Shown one piece after another: positions 53,885 to 64,000 of a stretch of DNA of 64,000 nucleotides (its first letter is position 1; each line of letters starts with the position of its first letter). A program made the position numbers and the translations under genes. The DNA is from Octopus sinensis (Eukaryota): positions 17,670,001-17,734,000 of the forward strand of contig NC_042998.1 of assembly GCF_006345805.1 (NCBI RefSeq), given 5' to 3'. Below the pieces are notes generated by a model. It did no database searches and had not been told where the DNA came from. It saw only the letters and a program-made list of their open reading frames with translations.

Positions 53885-54095
53885 TGTGACCTCGTGTGTA
53901 CCGTTGGCGATTTTTTTCCTCTGTCTTCCCTTCTCTGTATCTTTCCTTCTTCTATGTTTCCGACGAAAAGTTCCGCTCGAAACGTTATACCCTCCTTCTT
54001 TCCTTCTTTCCTGAGCGTCCAATAATACTATATTTGTTCCACGTCCTCGCGTTGTTGTGTTTTTTTTGTGCTTTCTTGTTTGGATTAACTATATA
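53885..54095 (+). mobile_element. Penelope-like terminal-repeat element, subfamily Y, stem II mutated
   Basis: gttt-CCGACGA-A-AAGT-tcc-GCTC-GAAA-CGT-T at 53956-53986; (TA)n on both sides. Confidence 0.65.
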
Positions 54096-54334
54096 TATAT
54101 ATACACACATATATATTACGTTAATATATTTGTTTTGCAAGATTCTTGATGTGAAATCATGTGTGGAAACAGATGTTGCTGTATTTAGGAATGGTCATTT
54201 TGCCAGTTTAGCAAATAAAAACACATGCACTATATATTTGATGTTAATTTGCTTCAGCGTTATTTATTTTTTACATTAATCTTAATCTTATTGCGGCCAG
54301 AGTTCTTTCGTCACAGTTCTGTGACCTCATCAGT

Positions 54335-54812
54335 GGTCCTTTGCCTTCTTTCTTATTTGTGTGTCTCTCCTTACTAACGGCCAGCCATCAAAATGGAGTA
54401 TTCAAGTATTCGAGCGGTTCCAAGCAGTGCTGTTTTACTGCAAGTGCTCCACCCTTATAGCAGGCCTTATTTGTTCCATGTACTTCCCAAGAATTTTACT
54501 CTCTGTTCCCTGGGCTCCGGCAATTATTGATACTACAACCGCCGTTTTCATCGACCACAACTGTTTAACCTCCCACGCTAACCTGTCAGGACTATCGACT
54601 TTTCTTTCTTCCTTATCGCATACCCAGTTGTCAGCTGGGCATACTATATCTATGATCCAGCATAGTTTAGTTTCTTTCTCAAGTAACATTATGTATGGCT
54701 ACTTATTCCCTATCTCACGGTAGCACAGTATCCCATAGGTTCTTTGCATTATCATTTTCGATGTTGCCTTCGGGTTTATGTTCGTACCACTTTTTTGCTC
54801 CATTAATATTAC
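54335..54812 (-). mobile_element. 5'-truncated R4/Dong-clade LINE 3' fragment
   Basis: ORF 54435..54689: LLEKETKLCWIIDIVCPADN..LAWEVKQLWSMK..VVVSIIAGAQG..EHLQ (RLE tail). Its 5' end abuts (TTA)n at 54815-54890, i.e. (TAA)n on the element strand. Confidence 0.85.
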
Positions 54813-54819
54813 AATATTA

Positions 54820-54890
<71 letters not shown>

Positions 54891-57067
54891 TGATTTAATA
54901 ACAAATATATATAAAGTTACAGAAATCCCTTACCTTATAATATTTCTGTGTAGTATTTTCGATGGCGTATTCTAAATACTTCGGCTGTGTTCCTTGATTC
55001 TTTGTCTACTCTTGTTAATTTAATCAGCGTCTAGTTGAGAATATCGCGACTATATAGCAACAACGTCTACTTGAGACTATTGTAATAGTATTGATTCCTT
55101 TTAGATTGTACTAATTATTTTTGTTTTTTTTGTTTTTACATTTATTCTGCTTTCAGTATTAGTATAATAAATACATCAATAATATTTCTTCTTAATCATT
55201 CTTTTGATTTGTGTGTGTTTTACTCTACTTAGTTCCTTAACTCATTAGTAAGTGTAAGTCTGCGTTTAATCGAATTCTACTACTTTTTCTTTCTTTATGG
55301 AACATGATATTAACGGTGTTTATTAATTTGTCTCTCAACCAATACATTGATATTTCATACAAAAATAATCCCATCAGCAAGGAGCCACGCGTAACAGTCC
55401 TCCAATTTGTTTTCCATTTGTTACAAACATTTGCTGCGTGAGTATGTAAAAATGGTTAAGGATTATTCTGTAATATCATTTTTGTCCGAGCACCATCTAG
55501 TTAAACTTGCTAGTTAAGTATGAAAACGTAAAACACGAAAAAAGTGTTAAGTTGGAATATGTTAATATATAATTTGTTTTATTAGCAACTGGATTCAGTT
55601 TCATTATTTTTTGTTACGTTTGTGTCTTTAGAGATATTTCCAGTGTATTTATTCGATGTTTGTTGGCCTATTTATCATTAGTGGTCCCCTGCTCAGCGTT
55701 TATGTATACACAGCTTTCTCCGAATCATTCGAGCGGTACGCACGTAATGAAATAACATCAATTGTTAATAAAATTTAAATATCTTAGGTAAAACACAATA
55801 TCGATAGGCTGATAGGTTAAGAAGGAGAAAAGACCTTGCGAGTAACAGGAACTTCACTATGTTAGGATGTAAAGGAAAACTCAATTGATGTATTGTTGAA
55901 ATCTTTAAATAATTTACCTTTCTTACAAAACCTATTGTGATAGATTATGAACACAGTAAGCCATTGTGCTATGCAGTTAGCATTTAAATCTGTGCGTATT
56001 CATCAAACAGAACTGGTGAAAATCTGCAGCAAACAGGATGAGTATTGTGTTAGTTCTGTAAAAAGTCCTCTCATAGAAAGTGTTAGGCGCACTGCCTAAG
56101 TTTTACTTTCTGGATCATAATTAGTGTGGATGTACGGATGCCGTGTGTACGCATATAATATAAAAATATGATTACATTCGTAAAATCCTGCGTGGACTAT
56201 AGTTTTATTTCTTATTTTATACTAGAGGTATGCTTTCATTGCAACAGGAGTTTAGTGATTATTTTCGACAAATATTTGTTAATATTTGTTGCGTCCAAAC
56301 GGTTGAAGAACTCTTCTAAACAACTTTTAGGTTTACAAATTCATGGCCTGACAAACAATTCCTGCTATTTACAAACCTATTCATTTTAATATCTCTCACT
56401 CCCTTCTGACGTAATACAGATTTCATCTGCATACGATCCCCTTTGCTTCTATGACCGTTAGAGATATGACACCTCTGCTTCCATGAACGTTAGAGATGTG
56501 GAAAGCTTGCATTTTTCCACGTAAATACATAGTACCTTGTGTATTGAGGTCTAACTCTACAGCTTTTCAAGTCAGAACAAATGACCAAGTAATCACATAT
56601 GAAAGAATAGTAACCTCGTAAGCATTGTTATTATTTCATAATAACTGTATAGATTTTACAAGTTAAGATATCGGTAGCTGGACTCTGTATTCGCAGCTAG
56701 AAACCACGCCACTTCTAAACATGTGATGGCACTTAAAGTAATAAGGTATTCTTCTACAAACATGCAATAAATTTAAGTCGATCCAAAACAACTACACTAT
56801 TCTGCTGATGAATACAAATTTTATAACCAACACAGCGCCAGTACTCACCCGCAGACCCTTTATTTCTAATACATGTTTCTTCTTTTGTGTAGTTATTCAT
56901 GAAAAAGCCGCTCTTCCGTTACGTTTCTAGTTCACCTTAAACCCAAATCCTACGTGACATGTTTTGCTGATACTGTTTAATGGGAACTGCAGCATTTAGA
57001 AATTTACTTCCTTGTCTGCATAATCTTCAACGAAGATACGAACAAACTCTTAATCTTCACATTTTGA

Positions 57068-57478
57068 TACTCTCTCTTTTACTCTTTTACTTGTTTCAGT
57101 CATTTGACCGCGGCCATGCTGGAGCACCACCTTTAATCGAGGAAATCGACCACCAGGACTTATTCTTTGTAAGCCCAGTACTTATTCTATCGGTCTCTTT
57201 TGCCGAACCGCTAAGTTACGGGGACATAAACGCACCAGCATCGATTGTCAAGCGATGCTGGAGGGACAAACACAGACACACAAACACACACACATATATA
57301 TACATATATACGACGGGCTTCTTTCAGTTTCCGTCTACCAAATCCACTCACAAGGCTTTGGTCGGCCCGAGGCTATAGTAGAAGATACTTGCCCAAGGTG
57401 CCACGCAGTGGGACTGAACCCGGAACCATGTGGTTGGTAAGCAAGCTACTTACCACACAGCCACTCCTGCGCCTATAT
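57068..57478 (-). mobile_element. SINE family A, full-length well-preserved copy
   Basis: Complete head (ataggcgcaggagtggctgtgtggtaag...ggttcagtccc) through tail (gtaaaagagtaaaagag). Confidence 0.93.
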
Positions 57479-57504
57479 GATAATAGACATTTTAATATTT
57501 TCGT

Positions 57505-57715
57505 TTAGCAGGGGTCGAAATAGCAGAATCATTACGGCGCCCAAAGAAAGGCTTAGCTGCATTTCTTTCGAGTTCAAAATCCACTGAGGTCAACTTTTCC
57601 TTTCATCCTTTCGGGATCGATAAGATAAATATTAGTTGAGCACTGGCATCGATGTAATTGACTTATCCCCTACCTCGATGTTGCTGGCCTTGCGCTAGAA
57701 TTCGAAACCAATATT
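57505..57715 (+). mobile_element. Degenerate SINE family C copy
   Basis: gagttcaaaatccactgaggtcaacttttcctttcatcctttcgggatcgataa. Confidence 0.75.
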
Positions 57716-58089
57716 TTAGTTTTGAAAAGCAAATTCTGGATACAAAATTAATTTGATGACTTCAATACAAAAGAAATTAATAATCGTAACGTGTTTTGTT
57801 ATATTAATAACTTTAAGTTTAAGTAAGCTAATGATATCGGTGTAACTGGTCTTTTCCCAGACTGCTCCCTTCGGAGGATAGGCTTTTGCGCCTAAAATAT
57901 TAAGGGTTTTGTAAAACTTGCTGCACTGTTAGAAGCTTTGTTATTTTCTCTTCTTTTCTTTCTTCGGTACTACAATGTTTCAAGCTAACTACTACGCCCT
58001 AATTTTTTTTCGTCAATATAAACACACAATGCTTACTACTCTTCTACAACCTATGATACTTTCTCTTATAAGCAGAAAGTCTAAAATGT

Positions 58090-58265
58090 TGTGGTGAGAG
58101 GGCTAGTCGACTCCAGCGCTCAAGTGATATTTATTTTATCCACCTCGAAGGGTGAAAGGCAATGTCTACTGCAGTGGAATTTGAATTCAGATAGTAAAGA
58201 CGGACGAAATGCGACGAAATATTTTGTCCGGCGTGCTAACAATTGTCTCAGATCGCTAACTTTTG
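58090..58265 (-). mobile_element. Degenerate SINE family C copy
   Basis: gaagggtgaaaggcaa...ggaatttgaattcag...gacgaaatgcgacgaaat. Confidence 0.7.
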
Positions 58266-61039
58266 ACGTCTTATAATAAAAGATGATGAGATGTTGTTTT
58301 TGCTTAACCACATTTCAGTTTTGGTTGAGATGACTTTAGATTAAAGGTCTTTCACACGTAACAATCTTGTGTTTCTTGTTAGATATTATAAATCAAGGAC
58401 TACATAACCTATGTTTACGGCATTTTTTAAATCCATGAAACAATTTTATGAAGATATTCCGGTTAATTCTTGGAGCCCGCTCTAACTTATACGAGTCTCT
58501 ATAAGCAAGTGTATTATTGGTATTTAATTGGTGATGTCATTATTCACGTTTTTCGTGAAATCTAACGATGCAGTTATCTATTTTCTATTCATCTGTTTCT
58601 ATTGAACGATCTTTTATCACCACAAAGAAGTTTGACGAAAACATTTGGAGATATATTTCCTTTCCCTAACTGATAAACATATAGTATTTGTGAAATGTTA
58701 TGACTTTAAAATTATAAATGCTCTTTAATGTTTTTCCAATGAAAGAAAACGGCATGAATCTCGTAAAATATTCAAAATAACCTCCGGAACTTTTAGATTT
58801 TAGATTGTTACTTATTTCCTAATGGACATCAGTAGATATCCGTAAAATCTTATATGCAAACTGCAGTAACACAAACCTGTTGATTTTCCTTTATAATAAA
58901 GGGGAATCGCGTTTTATTATTGATAACACCATAGCCAGCGTATATAGCATTCAATTACTAAAACGAAAACCCTAAATTAATCCTTAGCTTCGCTCACCAA
59001 CCACCAATGTTCTTAACCATTATAACTGAAATCGATATCATCGTTTCTCTGCAGTGGAAAGTGTCTTCTCGCTTATTATATTTGCTGTCATTTTTATTTG
59101 TTAATAAATTTTCCATTAACCATTTCCTTGAGTGCATTCTTCATTGTTTGTCGCTCTTTTCTCTATTTTCCCCATTATATTTGCACTTTAATTTCAGTAC
59201 TTAAAATATATGTTATCATTCCTAGAAGGAAAAATGATCAGAGTTTTGCACAATATTTACAATTACATTAGTATTCCCCATCCAGCAACACTCTGCAGTA
59301 ATGATACTTTGAGTTTTAACATGATAAAAACAGTAACAAATATATAAGTAAACATAGGATTGTTCTGTTCTTTATATGTGCACAGCTTTGTGTAATTTAT
59401 TAGCAAACTGAAGTTGTAAACGTAGACACGGTTCAAATCCTATAGCTTGATGTAGTTCCATTTAAGTTCTAGTACTTTCGGGATATCCAATTAGCACAAT
59501 AATATTCAGCTAATTCACAGGGTTAATTTTGAAATTTGAAACTTAATATTGAATACTATAAATTAACTACACAAATAACTGCGGCTTTTCTATACCAGAA
59601 AGTTTACAGTATATTTAAAGCAAACAAAAAAGAAATGTTGATAGAAAGATATATACACAGCAGTTCCCATTGCCAATTAGAATCATTTCACTAACCATGA
59701 ACATTAAAGTTTCTATGAAAGTGAATCTGAGTTATAAAAATCTCTCATTGCCAATTAGAATAATTTCATTACCCACCAACATTGAAATTTCTGCGTAGCG
59801 AATTTGAGATATAAAATCTAATTCACAGTTTCTCTTTATATTTCGTAAATAAAATTGTGAAAGTTAAGCAATTTTTTAAACTTATCTTCTAACTATTAAA
59901 ATCAAAGCTTTCCAGATGGTATGCAGAGTCAATGATCTCATTCAAAAAGAAGCGTTTCATAATTGAATAACTTATACTTATGAAGGAATCCGAAGATTCA
60001 TCCTTTAATAGTAAAATAACATGGAGTTTCATATAAAATATTTCGAGACGGGTTTAATAAAAAATAGCAGAATATCTTCTGTTCTGTAGCTGCTTTCAGT
60101 ATTACATACGTTATAGTAGAACGCGACCTTCAAATATATATAAATATTTCAATGACCTTGATAAAGTGAGGAAAATGTGTGCTTCAAATAATATACAACG
60201 CAGAAGATATGTAAATTCGTGTAACTAGTCAAGAAATTAATATTTAATAAGCAGTCTTAATATTGTATATTTGTGTATAAAATAGCATAACACTGATAGT
60301 CTCAAAGGGCTCATGAGATAGAAGTGTTTCTATTGGTGTCCAATGAAACTGTCTCTGGGCAGATTGCCAATCGACGCATCAACACATGTGCATTGCAACT
60401 TCATTTTATTAATATTACTACAATATTATACCCACTGATCCATTTCGCATGTATTACTGTAGGTCGCAGGCAAATTAGGTTAGATATGTTTCTTCCTCAA
60501 AAAGGGTACGCATTTATTTAACTAAGTTAAACATGACAATATTTATCGTCATATGTGAATTGGTGGCTGCTATAGAGGGATAACAGCAGGGTACTAAAGC
60601 AATTATATACCAAACCGTGTTAAAGGTTTGGACCAATCAAGCCCCCACCAAAAAATCAATATTATTGAGTTTTTAGTTTCATGTTTTTCCAATCTTTATA
60701 ATGAGTATAGTACAATAGAACATCGTGTGCTCGTTCGTCTGAGTAATTAAATGTAATGTATGAGAATTTAATCCCCCTATTATTCTCATAGAAAGTTGTT
60801 CTGCCCATCTACCCAAAAGCAGACCCTAATTCCTAACTAGAATATTGCATAAACATTTTCTTTCTTGGTTAAATATATTTATTGTCATAAAGTGAGGAAA
60901 AACGAAAACTTAACAAAGCTCCATTTATATTCAAATTACCGAGTGAGTACTTTGCTAGCATTTAGTATGTGTGTGTTTATGTGGGCCGAGAATGTATGCT
61001 TTACTTCTCAGAGTATTAAAGTATTAGTGACTGACACGA

Positions 61040-61108
<69 letters not shown>

Positions 61109-61174
61109 TCTATGTATGTATGTAAGTATGTAAGTTTGTATGTATGTTTATATATATATATATATATATATATA

Positions 61175-61292
61175 GGGAGTATTCACAAAAAGACAAAAGA
61201 CGAGATAGCTCAGCTGGTGTAGACGACAAACAGATGTGTTAGTTTAGCACTCGGGAAGTGAAAATGTCTTTAACGTTTCGAGCCTACGCTCC
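61175..61292 (-). mobile_element. Truncated hammerhead-bearing element, subfamily X
   Basis: Minus strand GAGC-gtag-GCTC-GAAA-CGT-T-aaaga, same as the 18840 copy; the 5' core is lost; microsatellites flank both sides. Confidence 0.6.
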
Positions 61293-61316
61293 TCTCACTC
61301 TCTCTCTCTATACATA

Positions 61317-61378
<62 letters not shown>

Positions 61379-62126
61379 CATGCATACATATATACATACA
61401 TACGTATATACATATATGCACACATACATATATACATACATACATATACAGATACGTACGTACGTTCTAAATTCCGTTCTTAGTCTGTAGTTCAACTGCA
61501 AGCAATGTACGATGTGACTCAATGTGAGATCGAATCTGAATGGAGGGCTTACAAAACGATCTGATTAACCATGCACCTTGGTCTACAACAGTTTTCGCAA
61601 TTGTCTCACACCTCTTCCTTCATCAGAACGTCAACTTATGGATACAAGTAATTGTTAATAGTGGGTCTGCAAAATTGATGCAAACGTTTAGAAATTCAAT
61701 ATAATGACTAATATAATTTTCATAAAGAATTAATATATTTTTATAAATATTTAATATTTAGTTCTATAGGATATGAAATAAATAATATCTAATTATTATT
61801 TTTTATTCATTCCGATTCGTAACGGAAGATAGGTTGTAATCCGGTTTTCACCGAAATTCAGTTGGACCCATAGACTTGCACGTTTAAACGGTGGTGTAGT
61901 AAGGGTGGGGACAGTGTCTGTATGTTAACACAACGCATCACTGAGTGAAGATCAGACGTGTGTTAGTGAAGAGAAATTTTGTTTGCTAATCAAACGCATG
62001 ACTAACCATCCATAATTCCCGGGAGTTTGATGTCATTAGCACACAGACTTGTCTCGTACTATACGTCTCTCTCTACATGTATGTGTATATGTGTGTGTGC
62101 ACATATATGCATATATATACATATAT

Positions 62127-62214
<88 letters not shown>

Positions 62215-62215
62215 A

Positions 62216-62299
<84 letters not shown>

Positions 62300-62649
62300 A
62301 TATAAGGTGCTCTGTGTATTTGTCTATTTGTCTTTATGTTCATATATGTCACTGTGTGTGTTTAGGTGGTGCTTAGTCATGGTGAGTGTAGATGTTATAT
62401 ATACATGAATGTGTGTTTGGACTGAATACATTATATGTTAAGTCGTGCTGTGTACACACAAATGCGTATCACCAATTTTATATTAAATCGTTGGGTTTTT
62501 CTGAACGGTGTGGTTGATAGAATGTAAAAATGTTAAGATAAATATGAAGATGGTTAGGATAACACTTTCAATATAAACATATAACATCGCAGTCGGGTCA
62601 GGTTCAAATAAGTTGTGTTGCGTTGTTAATTGACGATTATTCCCCTATT

Positions 62650-62950
62650 GACATTGATGATGTTTAATCACATGTCGGTTCTTAGAATAAAATGCATTCC
62701 GCCCATAATAATTCCATCCCCGTTTTAAAACACAGTGTGGCCGATACGTATAAAGTAAAACGTGATGCCTTAGATTTTTGAGAATGCAAGCTTGGTCAAC
62801 TTGTTTTGATCTTACCTTCGCAATTATCAGTTTCTGGGTTTGATCCATTTTGTAGTTGAGCTTCATTTCATCCGAAAACATTTTAGTAAAATTGTGTTCA
62901 TGGAAACAGTATGGAAGGCCGTCGGATAGAGTGTTCCCATAATTCAAATA
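62650..62950 (-). mobile_element. Possible Tc1/Tc3-like transposase relic
   Basis: KMFSDEMKLN resembles the Tc1 FSDEKKFN first-D motif; the rest is highly decayed. Confidence 0.35.
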
Positions 62951-63520
62951 TCTTGCCTTGTCACATATTTACCATGTTTATTCAGTCTGAGAATGAAAGT
63001 AAGAGTACAAGTGCGTGAGGAACGCTCAGGTGTTTATACAGTAACTTATCCGGTGTGAATTACTGTTAATTATACTGTAATTTACTGTCCAGTAATTTAT
63101 CACAGTAATTTCATCAGCGGAATATTATCATTAGCTTTTTTCCTTATTTTTTTTTTCTTAAGAATATGAGTTTAAAACAATTTGACTGCTATGTATATTT
63201 GATCGATCAAAATTTCTCACTGAAATGCTTATAAAGAAAATAATGGTGATATAAGTGTTGCTCATTGAAAGAATACTGGAATACAATGCATGAAGGTAAA
63301 GGGTGAGTCTCTGAAGGTAGCTCTTCGCTTCATCACGTATTACCTTGAATAATTATCAGTCAACGAAGGAATCATTTTGGCTTGACATGCAAGAAATAAT
63401 AGTTCCATTCTTCTTAAGTAGAATATTATTCCATACAAAATTATATGTAGATATACATTAATTTCTTCCAAATTTGACTGCAGGAATATATATAATTATA
63501 TATATATATATTATATATAT

Positions 63521-63553
<33 letters not shown>

Positions 63554-63554
63554 G

Positions 63555-63595
<41 letters not shown>

Positions 63596-63712
63596 ATGCA
63601 TACACGTATATACATATATAAACATACATACATACATATACAAACACACATACATATACGTATATATATACATACATACATATATACATACATACATACA
63701 TACATACATACA

Positions 63713-63745
<33 letters not shown>

Positions 63746-64000
63746 CATATATATATAGACATGAATAAGCATTGACAGAATGATCACAGTTCAAACACAC
63801 CTAGACATCGATCGGCACAGTCAGACATGACAGCAGCGAAATCAAATATCTAATTAAATCTAACAATTTTAGACCTCGGAGGGATTTCGTATCGCCAAAG
63901 TAGTATTTGAACATAAAATGTCAATATGAAATGTAAAAAGGCACAAAATAATTGTTATACCGTTCAAATACGAATGTTCTTCAAATGATGACTAAATATG

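Overview
AT-rich, microsatellite-dense eukaryotic DNA. The repeat repertoire (three to four tRNA-derived SINE families, RLE-type R4/Dong LINEs, CR1-like, Tx1/L1-like and RTE remnants, mariner/Tigger relics) points to an octopus or other cephalopod genome; this is inferred from remembered repeat families, not from a search. Nearly all long ORFs in the track are translated microsatellites or SINE sequence. There is no CRISPR array, rRNA or true tRNA gene. The main non-repeat signal is a chain of small minus-strand exon candidates (about 12.5 kb down to 0.7 kb) with AG/GT boundaries and compatible phases. They join into a divergent LIVBP/ANF-type amino-terminal domain resembling that of ionotropic glutamate receptors. 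Other highlights: short (TA)n-embedded elements carrying minimal type I hammerhead-ribozyme-like folds; five R4/Dong fragments beside (TAA)n arrays; a near-perfect ~390 bp palindrome; an ~830 bp tandem duplication bounded by (TA)n; and a tandem CRE pair. All homology calls were made by eye and need HMM/BLAST and RNA-seq confirmation.
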